Positions 30,138 through 40,431 of a stretch of DNA of 64,000 nucleotides are shown here, piece after piece (the first letter of the stretch is position 1; every line of letters starts with the position of its first letter). The notes under the pieces are model-generated. The model searched no databases. It was not told the DNA's origin and was given only the letters and a program-made list of their open reading frames with translations. Source of the DNA: Sedimentisphaeraceae bacterium JB056 (GTDB lineage: Bacteria; Planctomycetota; Phycisphaerae; Sedimentisphaerales; Sedimentisphaeraceae). The stretch lies in NCBI GenBank assembly GCA_044440125.1, contig JBITAJ010000029.1, positions 160,001 to 224,000 of the forward strand. The letters run 5' to 3'. Position numbers and translations under genes: made by a program.

Positions 30138-31025
30138 ATGGAACATCAGATTATAAATTATAACAGCAGTATTGACGGATCCGTGCAAAGTGCCCTGGGT
30201 TATTTTGCTCAAGGCAGCGAGGCGCGTCCGCTTCTGGTCGCTCTTCACGAATGGAGTTCTGATTATACTCAGGCTTTAGAAAAGAGAGAGTACATTGAGT
30301 TCTGCAGGGCGAATGATTGGCATTTTATTCACCCGGATTTCAGGGGCCCCAATAATAATCCGATGGCTACAGGTTCAAAGGAAGCTGTACGAGATATTAT
30401 AGATGCGGTTGAATTTGTAAAAGATAATCATAGTGTTGATGATCGTGCTGTCTTTCTTGTAGGAGTTTCTGGCGGCGGCTATACCGCTCTGATGACTCTC
30501 TCGCAATATCCTGATATCTGGTCCGCTGTTTCGGTATGGGTTCCTATTGTTGACCTTGCCAGATGGTATGAACAATGCAGGGCCCGTGGTCTTGCAAAAT
30601 ATTGTAAAGACATAGAGCTTTCTTGCGGCGGAGTTCCCGAAAAAGAAGGCCATGCTTTTGCTGAAGCTCAAAAGCGTTCTCCCATAAATTATTTGAGGCA
30701 AATACCGGGACTTGATATCGATATAAATGCCGGAATTAATGACGGGCATATCGGCAGTGTTCCGATAGAGCATTCTTTTAGAGCCTTTAATGCTATTGTC
30801 GATGAAATCGACAGGGTTCCCGACAATGAGATTTCTGAATTTGTATCGAAAAAACGGGTTCCGGATTGTCTTAAAGGAAATTACATAGATGATGCCTACG
30901 GGGTCAATAAAGTGTTGTTTAGACGAATTTCAAAAAAGGTCCGTTTAACGATATTTGACGGCGGACATGAAATATTATTCAAACCTGTTTTTAATTGGCT
31001 CAAAATGCAGTTGGATCTGGTATGA
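30138..31025 (+). CDS. Alpha/beta-hydrolase (S9 peptidase/esterase-like)
   Basis: PLLVALHEWS, PDFRGPN, GVSGGG nucleophile motif, FDGGHE. Confidence 0.8.
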   Translation: MEHQIINYNSSIDGSVQSALGYFAQGSEARPLLVALHEWSSDYTQALEKREYIEFCRANDWHFIHPDFRGPNNNPMATGSKEAVRDIIDAVEFVKDNHSVDDRAVFLVGVSGGGYTALMTLSQYPDIWSAVSVWVPIVDLARWYEQCRARGLAKYCKDIELSCGGVPEKEGHAFAEAQKRSPINYLRQIPGLDIDINAGINDGHIGSVPIEHSFRAFNAIVDEIDRVPDNEISEFVSKKRVPDCLKGNYIDDAYGVNKVLFRRISKKVRLTIFDGGHEILFKPVFNWLKMQLDLV

Positions 31026-31040
31026 ATAAGGAAATTGTAA

Positions 31041-32624
31041 ATGAATATTAGAGAAGAGAAAATTGATATTGATTATTTTAAACGGAGTAAGCAAGTGATC
31101 CTTAATAATTTAAAAAATATTGTATTTTTATTATGTGTATCTGGCGGATTGATTTATGCGGATGATACCTCGTATACGGCCGCTTTGGAACAATGGCCTA
31201 CCGAGTGTTATGCCGTTTGGGCGCCGAATCCCGATGCTCCCGAACAGTCGGCCGTAGTTACCGAAACCGACTGGCTGAGGGTGCATTACGGACATTGGGG
31301 AGTTCCCGGCGTACGTCATATAATTAATTCTGCCGCGGCAGGCGGAATCAGGACATTGTGGTGGCGAACCAGTGCAGGCGGAGGTCTTATGTATCCTACC
31401 GATGTTCAAGAGGCAATGATAGATGAAAGTCCCGAATGGTCTTACCAGAAATGGGACCCCTTTGAGTATGCTGTTGAATATGCCCATACTCTTGGTATGA
31501 AGATATACGCATGGTATTGCCCTTTGGAGGAATCGCATTCATTTCTTGATAATAACAGAAGCAGATTCGCTGATATTCATCCAGAGTTATCCAGTTTTGA
31601 TATTGAAGGTAAGCCTTTGAATGTTCCAAGTTACTATTACAAAGAATACAGGGACTACAAACTTTCGATTACCAATGAATTGCTCAATAATTGGAACCTT
31701 GACGGTATAGTGCTTGATTTTGAAAGAAAAGGGGCGCCGTGGAGAGACAACAGGTATGATTATCTGCCTGAGATCGTTGAACAGTTCAAAGAACAGACGG
31801 GTAAAGACCCTTACAATATCCCTGCCGATGACGAAGAATGGTGCAAGTTCAGAGCACAGTATTTCGAGAAGTTCGTTGATTCATTAAAGGATCAAATTGA
31901 TCGCTTAGAACGGCCGTTTTCTCTCGTGCTTATGGGAACCAAAGGCAGTGAGGCGACTGCCAGCACGCAATTGGCCAGGCTTACCGCTCAAAGATGTGAT
32001 AATTTGGCTATGGCCTCATTTGGCTCGGGATGGCCGTGGGCCGGTGATCCCAATGCGGCATTTAATAAAGTTCAGGATGTCGAAATACCTAAAACTTACG
32101 TTTTATATACATATTGCGATTCACCGGAGGCTCTTACTGAAAAGGCGAATACTGCCAAAGATATTGGTGTTGATATATGCTGGTTCGAGACGACTCCTTT
32201 GTACACCCGCAATAAATACAGAGTGCCGTCGGAAATGGCCATGGCTGCAGAATTAAATTTAAGAAGAACCCTCACTCTTGATTCTGACGCAGTAAAAATT
32301 TCCGGAGCGATCTTAGGACTTTGCGAATGGGAGTTGAAGATAAATGGGCAATCGGCAGCCGATGGTAAATATGCTCAGAAAAAAACTTTCGAGGTATCTG
32401 AATTTGATAATGGCAGGGAACTGACATTTGATATCAGTGCGCAAAGAGTGCCCGATTCTGACTTCAGAGGCATTGCTGCGATGTTTACTATTGAATGTAA
32501 AGACGGTTCCAGGCTTTCAGTATTTACTGACGGCAGTTGGGAAGTTAGTACAGATGCTTTATCACATCAGCCGGCAATGCTCGTCGGTCAGCCCGGAGCA
32601 GATCCATTCGTTCAGGAATTTTGA
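31041..32624 (+). CDS. Secreted GHL10-like TIM-barrel hydrolase with C-terminal beta-sandwich
   Basis: GIRTLWWRT...LMYPT, WDPFEYAVEYAHTLGMKIYAW, LDGIVLDFE; C-terminal WELKING...TDGSW. Confidence 0.65.
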   Translation: MNIREEKIDIDYFKRSKQVILNNLKNIVFLLCVSGGLIYADDTSYTAALEQWPTECYAVWAPNPDAPEQSAVVTETDWLRVHYGHWGVPGVRHIINSAAAGGIRTLWWRTSAGGGLMYPTDVQEAMIDESPEWSYQKWDPFEYAVEYAHTLGMKIYAWYCPLEESHSFLDNNRSRFADIHPELSSFDIEGKPLNVPSYYYKEYRDYKLSITNELLNNWNLDGIVLDFERKGAPWRDNRYDYLPEIVEQFKEQTGKDPYNIPADDEEWCKFRAQYFEKFVDSLKDQIDRLERPFSLVLMGTKGSEATASTQLARLTAQRCDNLAMASFGSGWPWAGDPNAAFNKVQDVEIPKTYVLYTYCDSPEALTEKANTAKDIGVDICWFETTPLYTRNKYRVPSEMAMAAELNLRRTLTLDSDAVKISGAILGLCEWELKINGQSAADGKYAQKKTFEVSEFDNGRELTFDISAQRVPDSDFRGIAAMFTIECKDGSRLSVFTDGSWEVSTDALSHQPAMLVGQPGADPFVQEF

Positions 32625-32641
32625 TTATAGGAGTTGAATAT

Positions 32642-33811
32642 ATGTTTTTGAATAAATTTTATATAGCTATCAGTATAGTTGCTCTTTTGTTTGTATCTAA
32701 TGCCGGAGCAGCATTTGAAGAAACCAGTTATCAGGAAACATGGCACGGCAACTGTTTGTGGATAAAATCGCAGGAGAATGTCGTTGGGCCCGGATGGATC
32801 GACCCAGCAAAATGGATCGCAAAGTTCCCAGGGGCATGGGGTAAGCCGATGGCCTCTTTCAGTATAAGCACACCGGCAAATGCGGGGATGAAAGATATAT
32901 ACTGGGACGTATATAATTCCAATGCAATGATCCTCTATCCCAGTGAATTATTCAAAGATAAGGTGTATCGCAATAAGAACGCCGGTTACGATTTCTTTAG
33001 TACCGATATGCCCCTGATTGCCGGCAGATTAGCCTCCCTGGATGAGCAGTATTTGCGATATGTAATCTGGTGGAATGAGGGAAATGTCGAAGCGGATATA
33101 ACGGCTGAGGTTTTGGACAGGTATCCCTTGAATAAAATAGCGATCGTTTGCGATGAACAAGAAAATGATGCCGTAAAAGTAAAACTGGGCGAAAAAATCG
33201 ATGATATTGATTACGACAGGATCGAGTTTTTGAGTAATAAAGATATTTCCGAAATGACCGATCTGACTATGTGTAATGAGGATCCTCTCAAAAGCCATGA
33301 CTTTCATAAAGAGATGATACATAAGTATCTTTATTTTGGCAAGGCAGTTTTTAAGCGTAAAATCGTAATATACGATGAGGGGCAAAGATGCAGCCTGGCA
33401 GTAAGCGGCAGGAATAAATGGCATGTCTTTGTAAACGGAAAATATATAGCGAGTGGTAATTGGAAGAATGGAACATGGCAGGATATGGCATTTTTGAGCG
33501 GCACTTACGATGTTTCAGAGCTAATGCATCCCGGAAAGAATGAAATAATGGTCTGTGTGGAATCCGGATATAATGAGCGTGCTTTTATGGCTAATATCAA
33601 GGTGGGTGATATGGTTTACAGGTCTGATGATAACTGGAAAGCTCTACCTGTAAAAGAAGTTCCTACCGAGGAGACTCTGAACGAAATGTGTGGAGCAGAA
33701 AAGGATTGGCATACGCCTGTGATTCTTTCAAGAGCGAATGTATGGCCTAATACCATGGGAAAGGTATACTGGCACAGATTATACCCATGGCAAAAGGAGG
33801 TTAAAGATTAA
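32642..33811 (+). CDS. Secreted protein related to the upstream gene (shortened barrel plus beta-sandwich)
   Basis: Signal peptide; AWGKP...AGMKDIYWDV...ILYPS parallels HWGVP...GGIRTLWWRT...LMYPT; C-terminal WHVFVNG..YDVSELMHPGKN..SDDNWK. Confidence 0.5.
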   Translation: MFLNKFYIAISIVALLFVSNAGAAFEETSYQETWHGNCLWIKSQENVVGPGWIDPAKWIAKFPGAWGKPMASFSISTPANAGMKDIYWDVYNSNAMILYPSELFKDKVYRNKNAGYDFFSTDMPLIAGRLASLDEQYLRYVIWWNEGNVEADITAEVLDRYPLNKIAIVCDEQENDAVKVKLGEKIDDIDYDRIEFLSNKDISEMTDLTMCNEDPLKSHDFHKEMIHKYLYFGKAVFKRKIVIYDEGQRCSLAVSGRNKWHVFVNGKYIASGNWKNGTWQDMAFLSGTYDVSELMHPGKNEIMVCVESGYNERAFMANIKVGDMVYRSDDNWKALPVKEVPTEETLNEMCGAEKDWHTPVILSRANVWPNTMGKVYWHRLYPWQKEVKD

Positions 33812-33852
33812 ATCATCCGCGCCGTGCGGATAAAAATTTAAGTTTTGTGTAA

Positions 33853-36051
33853 ATGAAAGGTTGTAAGATGGTAAAAAAGAAATTAGTTTTAACTGCAAGT
33901 CTATGCTGCTTGTTTATGGCATTAATTTGTTTAGATGCAGATGCCTATTATGGCAACATCTTTATCGGAACCGATGACGGAGCGTACTGGCTTCAAGCCA
34001 ACGGTAGTGATAACGGGATTGAGGAAGTCTCTAAATTCCAGGACCGCGGCTACGAAGTTAACGCCGTTGCGTCATCTTATTTTGAATATAATAAAGGCTA
34101 TGTGGATAACGACAGCCTTGTAGATGTTGTAACAGGCGAGGACTCCGGCGGGCTTACGGTATGCCCTAATATTTGGTATGAGTACACTGCCGAAGGCACG
34201 TTGACTCATATTGCCGGTACTGATTCAGTGCGGCCAATGTCGGGATATGCTTCAGATAACGGCATGGCAATAGGGGATTTTGACAACAACGGCAGCAAAG
34301 AGCTTATGATGGCCGTGAGCTGGGGAAATATGTACCGTTTTGAAAGCAGCGCCGATGATACTATAGCACAGGTTGGAACTACGATTACCACCGGTGTTGC
34401 CGCTTTGGCTTCCGGCCAATTCAATCCCGAGCAGGATAGTTACGAAGATCTCTTTATTGCCCGTAATTCATATTATTCTAATTCCGGGCACCCAAGAGAC
34501 GGGTACGGATATATTGACTGGTACTGTTATATTGAAAGCAGTTCATCGTATGGTTATAAGGGTCGCATCTACGTTGCTTCGGGTAAAAAACCTGTTGACA
34601 TGGCTGTAGGAGATTTTGATGATGATGAATATATGGATATCTTTGTGGTCCTTGATGATGGAAGCGTTCTGCAGATGGAGTATGTCGGTAATTGGTGGCA
34701 GACAACAGGTTCTGCAGATCCTGTAGGCAGTTCATTTGGAAGCGGAGCGAAATGCGTTGCTATTGGTGATGTAGATGCCGATGGTATATCCGAACTGATA
34801 GTCGGCGGGGCTAATGGTCTTTCATGGTATCAAAGCGATAGAGACGGAAATGCTCTTAAGGTAATGGGCTATGAGACTGCTTACAGCGTGAACGATATGG
34901 CAATAGCAATGCTTCCGGGCGACCCGCCTGTAACACTGGTTGCTAAAGCTGAGAGTTTTGAAATTGAACTCGATTTCAAGTATAGAAGCTTTATTTATTC
35001 CAAACGTTATGATGGTTCAAGTGATCCGCGAAATGCGGATATTTTTATCCCTGCTTTGGCTTCGAAAAAAGTTTACGGCTCCACCAGAATGCTGGCAAGC
35101 GGATTGTTTGGTGAACATCCTTATAATGAAAATGGCTTCCATATGCAGACTTATGGAAACAGTCTTGAATGGACCGGGGCAACACTGCCCTCCGGACCGC
35201 TTAATTTCCTTAATCTCCCAAATGACGAGGCACTGATTATTGCAGTACCAACTTCTCCTGTGCAGGGCGATGATTCCAAACGAACCGGAACTATATTTTA
35301 TATTGATCAGAACTTGGGTTCAACTTCTTATACAATTAATCTTAGCTTCCCTTCTATGAGTATAGAGTCATTGAGTTTTCAAAGAAGCATTGTAAGGCTT
35401 TCTAATGGGAATTTACTGGCAATTGTACATGGTAAACTCAGTTCTGATACGTATTATCAAAGGTGTATGCTGATCGAATCGACAGACCTTGGCTTGAACT
35501 GGACATACAAAAGTACCGTGGCGGTTCATGATAATTCATGGATGGGTGACGAAGGCCCCTCAGAATCAGATATGATACAGCTTTCCAACGGAAATCTGTT
35601 GGCGGTAATGAGAACCGGTGGAATTAATAATGATTACCACACAGGTGACTGGTGGTGGACTACTGATCCCAGGGAAGTACCTATGATATATTGCATAAGC
35701 ACCGATAGCGGGTCGACATGGAGCGATCCGATATCTCTTGGTCAGGCAGGCATATTCCCTGATCTTACCCTGCTTGATGATAACAAGGTTGCTCTTACTT
35801 ATGGCAGACCCGGGATAAATATCATGTTCGCTGATGCAACGGCATCGCAATGGTCCAGTCCGGTAAGTTTGTATAGCGGAGCCGGCGGTCATAATAATGC
35901 CACAATAAAATATACTGACGGCGACCTGGTTGTCATATATGCTGAATCAGACTTCAATGACAGGGCTGAGTCTTATCCTGATCTGTGGCTCTATCCCGGT
36001 TATATGAATTATCTCTGCCAGTTAAAATTTGATCTTACGGTTACTAATTGA
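33853..36051 (+). CDS. Secreted FG-GAP propeller fused to an Asp-box (BNR) sialidase-like domain
   Basis: N-half homologous to 19187 (IFIGTDDGAYW...SKFQD; VGDFDDDEYMDIF). C-half has Asp-boxes STDLGLNW and STDSGSTW, and SESDMIQLSNGNLLAVMRTG. Confidence 0.7.
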   Translation: MKGCKMVKKKLVLTASLCCLFMALICLDADAYYGNIFIGTDDGAYWLQANGSDNGIEEVSKFQDRGYEVNAVASSYFEYNKGYVDNDSLVDVVTGEDSGGLTVCPNIWYEYTAEGTLTHIAGTDSVRPMSGYASDNGMAIGDFDNNGSKELMMAVSWGNMYRFESSADDTIAQVGTTITTGVAALASGQFNPEQDSYEDLFIARNSYYSNSGHPRDGYGYIDWYCYIESSSSYGYKGRIYVASGKKPVDMAVGDFDDDEYMDIFVVLDDGSVLQMEYVGNWWQTTGSADPVGSSFGSGAKCVAIGDVDADGISELIVGGANGLSWYQSDRDGNALKVMGYETAYSVNDMAIAMLPGDPPVTLVAKAESFEIELDFKYRSFIYSKRYDGSSDPRNADIFIPALASKKVYGSTRMLASGLFGEHPYNENGFHMQTYGNSLEWTGATLPSGPLNFLNLPNDEALIIAVPTSPVQGDDSKRTGTIFYIDQNLGSTSYTINLSFPSMSIESLSFQRSIVRLSNGNLLAIVHGKLSSDTYYQRCMLIESTDLGLNWTYKSTVAVHDNSWMGDEGPSESDMIQLSNGNLLAVMRTGGINNDYHTGDWWWTTDPREVPMIYCISTDSGSTWSDPISLGQAGIFPDLTLLDDNKVALTYGRPGINIMFADATASQWSSPVSLYSGAGGHNNATIKYTDGDLVVIYAESDFNDRAESYPDLWLYPGYMNYLCQLKFDLTVTN

Positions 36052-36061
36052 TATTGAAATT

Positions 36062-36095
36062 TGCCATGGTACGCATATTCTTGCGTGCCATGGCA
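36062..36095 (+). other. Intergenic 14-bp stem-loop
   Basis: TGCCATGGTACGCA-TATTCT-TGCGTGCCATGGCA. Confidence 0.6.
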
Positions 36096-36110
36096 GACCT
36101 TGGAATAAAT

Positions 36111-37025
36111 ATGGACAATAAACTTAAAGCTATAACGGCGGCATGGTCTGCCTCACCGACACCATTAATGGAAGATTTAACTGTCGATACGGCCTCTGTT
36201 GAGCGCATGGTTAAACATCACATCAGATTGAAGCAGCAGGGTATGTTTATTGGCGGTACTTGCGGCGAGGGGCCTTACCTGCCGGTAAGCGAGTTTAGAA
36301 AGCTTGTATCGTCTGTGTCGCAGGCGGCGGGCAGCGATATTCTTGTTGCCGTGCAGGTTACGGACAATTCGTACTCAAAGGTTATCGATAAGATTAATGA
36401 TGCGAAAGCAGATGGCGGGGATATTGCAATAATAGCTGAGCCGTGGTTTTGTGCTTGCATGAGTGAAGCGGCTTTGCTGAAATATTATCTTGAATCGGCA
36501 GAGAAGTCACGGCTTCCGGTTGGGATATACAGCAGGGGCGCAAAGGAAATACCTGCTAAGCTGTATAAGCAGATTCTCGCACATCCAAACGTAAAGATAT
36601 TCAAGGATTCTTCGCTCAACGATGAGATTATGAATATCGCTTTAGAGGCAAAACAGACTCGTAGTGATTTGTTTGTAATGACAGGCTATGAGCTTGGTAT
36701 GCCTAAATATCTCAAAGCCGGTTACGATGGTATCCTTGCCGGTGGTGGTATACTGATCGGGGCCGTTGCCAATCAGATGATCGAGGCGGCGAAGGCAGGA
36801 GAGTTTGACAAGCTTGAAGGTTTGCAACAGCATTGTGAGAGTATATTCTACCCGGCTTACGGCGGCAGAAAGATAACAAGCTGGCTTACAGGTCTCAAGT
36901 ATACGCTGGTTAAAATGGGTATATTCTCGACGACAGCAGGGTATCTCAAATATGATCTCACCGAATCAGTTAAAGCTGATATTGCAAGAATGCTCGAAGA
37001 AGAAAAAGATGTTTTATTGCCGTAA
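36111..37025 (+). CDS. DHDPS/N-acetylneuraminate lyase-family class I aldolase
   Basis: PTP, GGTCGEG, GIY, KIFKDSS (Schiff-base Lys), TGYE. Start placed at ATG 36111, after the hairpin. Confidence 0.85.
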   Translation: MDNKLKAITAAWSASPTPLMEDLTVDTASVERMVKHHIRLKQQGMFIGGTCGEGPYLPVSEFRKLVSSVSQAAGSDILVAVQVTDNSYSKVIDKINDAKADGGDIAIIAEPWFCACMSEAALLKYYLESAEKSRLPVGIYSRGAKEIPAKLYKQILAHPNVKIFKDSSLNDEIMNIALEAKQTRSDLFVMTGYELGMPKYLKAGYDGILAGGGILIGAVANQMIEAAKAGEFDKLEGLQQHCESIFYPAYGGRKITSWLTGLKYTLVKMGIFSTTAGYLKYDLTESVKADIARMLEEEKDVLLP

Positions 37026-37037
37026 GGACGGTCTCAA

Positions 37038-37514
37038 ATGAAAGACATAAAAGTAATAGACTGCAAGGCATCCGACAATGAGTACCTGCACAAGGATTTT
37101 CATGGGGCACTTTGCTATGCGATAAAGTACCTTGAAGATAATTACGGCACAGAATCTGTTGAAGAGTATCTTCAGCAGGTTGCAAGGACGTATTATAAGC
37201 CGCTGACTGATGAACTTAAAGCAAACGGACTCCAGGTTCTTGAGAATCATTGGAATGATATCTTTAACAGAGAGGACGGCGAGTTTGAGCTTGGCTATGA
37301 AGGTAAGACGCTCGTCTTGAAGGTTGATGATTGTCCCGCCGTTAGCCATCTTAAAAAGAGGGGTCTTTTCTATACCGATAATTTCTGCCTGACTACAAAG
37401 ATTGTGAACGAAACGATCTGTAAAGATGCAGGTTTCTGCTGCAGTTGTAATTACATAAGCGGCGAAGGGAAATGCGTTCAGAAATTCTGGAAATCGCAGG
37501 GGGCAACAGAATGA
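37038..37514 (+). CDS. Small Cys-containing hypothetical protein (V4R/ATC-hydrolase-like fold suspected)
   Basis: HKDFH, W..IF..E.GEF, DCPAV, FC, C..KC pattern; paralogous to the next gene. Confidence 0.5.
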   Translation: MKDIKVIDCKASDNEYLHKDFHGALCYAIKYLEDNYGTESVEEYLQQVARTYYKPLTDELKANGLQVLENHWNDIFNREDGEFELGYEGKTLVLKVDDCPAVSHLKKRGLFYTDNFCLTTKIVNETICKDAGFCCSCNYISGEGKCVQKFWKSQGATE

Positions 37515-37942
37515 TATCATGCACTGATTTTATACCGGCCTACAGCGAGCTGTTTAAGTATCTCGACGAAAAGGGCGGCAAGGCAGAAGTTGTCAAGTTT
37601 TGGGAAAACCTCTCAGATAACTTTCTCGGCAATCTCAGAGATCATGCAGAAAAGATGGGCATTGCCGGGTGCTGGGAATATTGGAGCCATACCCTCACAG
37701 AAGAGGCCGCGGATTTCCGTATGGAACTCGATGATGATAACGGCGTCTTCTCGATAGAGATGAGAGATTGTCCAAGTATGGGCAGGCTGCTCAAGGAAAA
37801 GCATATCGAACCATATAAGTATTACTGTGAGCATTGCGACACGCTTTACCGCCGTGTTCTTGAGCCCCTTGGCTTCGAATACGACATAGACCTTAGCCAA
37901 TGCGATCAGGCAAAGTGTAAACTTACTGTCAGAAGAGCTTAA
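37511..37942 (+). CDS. Small Cys-containing hypothetical protein, paralog of upstream gene
   Basis: Starts MISCTDF at an ATGA overlap; YW..TL.EE.ADF, DCPSM, YCEHC, KC. Confidence 0.55.
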   Translation: MISCTDFIPAYSELFKYLDEKGGKAEVVKFWENLSDNFLGNLRDHAEKMGIAGCWEYWSHTLTEEAADFRMELDDDNGVFSIEMRDCPSMGRLLKEKHIEPYKYYCEHCDTLYRRVLEPLGFEYDIDLSQCDQAKCKLTVRRA

Positions 37943-38110
37943 TGAAAGATAGTGTTTTTTATGAAAGATTGGTAATCTGATAAGAAATATGACAGTATTC
38001 ATTTCATTCTTATTAACTGTGTTGTTATTTTATGTTTCTGACTGACAGTTTATATATCATGCGAAAAAGTGAATAGTTGTAGAAGCTGTTTATTTCACAG
38101 GGATTTCTAA

Positions 38111-39079
38111 ATGACTTTTTTAACAGAGACAGATAAGTATATATACGAGCGGGATATTGCTCCGTTTTTGCCGTCAAAGATAATTGATATACATACTCAT
38201 ATCGATATTGCTCGGTTTATGCCTGATAGGGGTGATTCGCAATTTGGAGATGTTACTGTCGATGTGGTGAAACAGTGGTGGAAAATGCTTCTTCCTGATG
38301 CTCTGGTTACAGGTAATATCATGGGGTTTCCTCGGGAGCGATGTGATATTCAGGGACAGAATGAGTATCTGGCCAATAATATTGGTAATGAGGGTAACGT
38401 ATTTTCATTGCTTGTTAGCCCTGATGTATCTATCGATAAGCTTGAGGCGGATATTGTCAACTACAAGCCGTTTGCTCTGAAACCTTATTTATGCTTCTCG
38501 GTGGCTGATGATCATAGTGATGCTCGAATAACAGAATTCATGCCTGAGGAGCAATTTGAGCTGGCCAATAGATATAATTTAGCGGTGGTTATTCATGTAT
38601 CTCGTGCAAGGGGCATGGCTGATAAACAGAATTTGGACGATATTTCACGGCAGGTAAAAAAATATCCGAATTGTAATTTTATTTTGGCTCACTGCGGCAG
38701 ATGTTTTGTATCTATAAACGCAGAGGATATGCTCCAAGAGATTCCTGTTGCGGAGAATCTTTGGATTGACACATCGGCGGTTTGTGATATGGGTGTGTTT
38801 ATGCATCTTTTTACCAAATACGACCATTCTAAAATATTGTACGGAAGTGATCTTGTAACAGCCGCGGGTTTTCGTGGGAGTTATGTGCCTATGGGAATGA
38901 GCTGGATCGATTTCAGTGGAGAACAATCTAAAAAGAAATTGGCTGGTATAGCTCCAACTATTGCGGCTTATCAGAATCTTGCTGCGATGTTGCAAGCTGC
39001 AACTTTTTGTAAATTCTCTAAGGCAATGATTGAAGATATTTTTTATAACAACGCTAAAAGACTTTTGTCAAAGATTTGA
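38111..39079 (+). CDS. Amidohydrolase superfamily protein
   Basis: IIDIHTH, KPY, IH, ILAHCGR, WIDTS, ILYGSD, DIFYNNA. Confidence 0.85.
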   Translation: MTFLTETDKYIYERDIAPFLPSKIIDIHTHIDIARFMPDRGDSQFGDVTVDVVKQWWKMLLPDALVTGNIMGFPRERCDIQGQNEYLANNIGNEGNVFSLLVSPDVSIDKLEADIVNYKPFALKPYLCFSVADDHSDARITEFMPEEQFELANRYNLAVVIHVSRARGMADKQNLDDISRQVKKYPNCNFILAHCGRCFVSINAEDMLQEIPVAENLWIDTSAVCDMGVFMHLFTKYDHSKILYGSDLVTAAGFRGSYVPMGMSWIDFSGEQSKKKLAGIAPTIAAYQNLAAMLQAATFCKFSKAMIEDIFYNNAKRLLSKI

Positions 39080-39108
39080 AATATACAAATGCGATTTGAG
39101 GAATAATA

Positions 39109-40428
39109 ATGGATACACAAAAAACTCAAGATTTATATATAAAGGCAAAAAAGATAATTCCCGCAGGTACGCAACTGTTGAGTAAAAGGCCTGAAATGCA
39201 GGCTCCTGATGTGTGGCCGGCATATTATACTAAGGCTAAAGGCTGTGAGGTTTGGGATTTGGATGGCAATCATTATTATGACATGTCCACAAACGGCATC
39301 GGTTCATGTTTGCTTGGCTACGCGAACCCAGCCGTTTCAGAGGCGGTCATTAAGCGTGTTAAAGATGGAAGTATGTCCACCTTGAATCCGCCTGAAGAAG
39401 TGGAACTGGCAGAGAAGCTTTGCGAGATACACCCTTGGGCGCAGCAGGCACGTTTTACCAGAACAGGCGGTGAAGTTGCCGCCGCAGCTATAAGGATTGC
39501 AAGAGCAACTACCAAGCGTACTGTGATAGCGGTATGTGGGTATCACGGCTGGCACGATTGGTATTTAGCGGCTAACCTTGGTGAAGGCGACAGGCTTGAC
39601 GGTCATTTATTGCCGGGGCTCAATCCCCTTGGGGTACCAAAGCAGTTGACGGGGACGACTTTAACCTTCAGATACGATAATATTGAGCAGCTTGAAGAAA
39701 TAGTCAAAGTCCATGGTGATGACCTGGCGGCTGTTATAATGGAACCCACTCGCTATAGCGACCCTCAAAACGGTTTTCTCGATCAAGTCAAAAATATTAC
39801 AAAGAAATGTGGAGCGTTATTGATATTTGATGAGATAACAATCGGTTGGCGGTTATGTTTTGGGGGAGCACACCTAAAATACAGAGTTGAACCTGATTTG
39901 GCGATATTTGCAAAAGCTTTGGGCAACGGCCATCCGATTGGAGCGGTGATAGGAACTCGTGATGCAATGGAGGGTGCGAACGTATCGTTTATTAGCAGCA
40001 CCTACTGGACCGAAAGTGTTGGCCCCGTTGCCGCATTAGCAGTATTGGAACAATTAAAGAAGTCTAACATTGTGGAACATATTGACAAGATCGGCAGGAA
40101 AGTGCTGGGGTATTGGGAAAAAAATAGCAACAAGCATGGCTTGAAAATTAACATTGATTACAATCGGCCATGTCTTGCACATTGCAGCTTTAATCACGAA
40201 AACTCCAACGCCATGCGAACTTACTATACCCAACTAATGCTTGAAAGAGGTTTTTTAGCTGGTTTGTCTATTTATCCAACTCTTGCCCACAACGATGATA
40301 ATATATCACTTTACGGCCAGGCAATAGATGAAGTGTTCGCTAAGATAGCGACAGCCACCGAGGCCGGAACCGTCTTAAGTAGCTTGAAAGGGGCGGTTGC
40401 TCATACAGGTTTCGCAAGGCTTTTATGA
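39109..40428 (+). CDS. Class III PLP aminotransferase (GSA-aminomutase-like)
   Basis: WDLDGNHYYD, GYHGWHDW, LIFDEITIGWR, FAKALGNG, ISSTYW. Confidence 0.9.
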   Translation: MDTQKTQDLYIKAKKIIPAGTQLLSKRPEMQAPDVWPAYYTKAKGCEVWDLDGNHYYDMSTNGIGSCLLGYANPAVSEAVIKRVKDGSMSTLNPPEEVELAEKLCEIHPWAQQARFTRTGGEVAAAAIRIARATTKRTVIAVCGYHGWHDWYLAANLGEGDRLDGHLLPGLNPLGVPKQLTGTTLTFRYDNIEQLEEIVKVHGDDLAAVIMEPTRYSDPQNGFLDQVKNITKKCGALLIFDEITIGWRLCFGGAHLKYRVEPDLAIFAKALGNGHPIGAVIGTRDAMEGANVSFISSTYWTESVGPVAALAVLEQLKKSNIVEHIDKIGRKVLGYWEKNSNKHGLKINIDYNRPCLAHCSFNHENSNAMRTYYTQLMLERGFLAGLSIYPTLAHNDDNISLYGQAIDEVFAKIATATEAGTVLSSLKGAVAHTGFARLL

Positions 40429-40431
40429 TGT

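Noticed and set aside
36111..37025. dapA (lysine biosynthesis) or a firm nanA assignment
   Set aside because: Only family-level motifs are visible, so the substrate cannot be assigned.
37943..38110. Possible signal-peptide stump of a deleted gene (KIGNLIRNMTVFISFLLTVLLFYVSD*)
   Set aside because: Too short, and T-rich DNA yields hydrophobic peptides by chance.
39109..40428. hemL (tetrapyrrole biosynthesis) assignment
   Set aside because: The fold family matches, but the context is a sugar-catabolic island with no hem genes.
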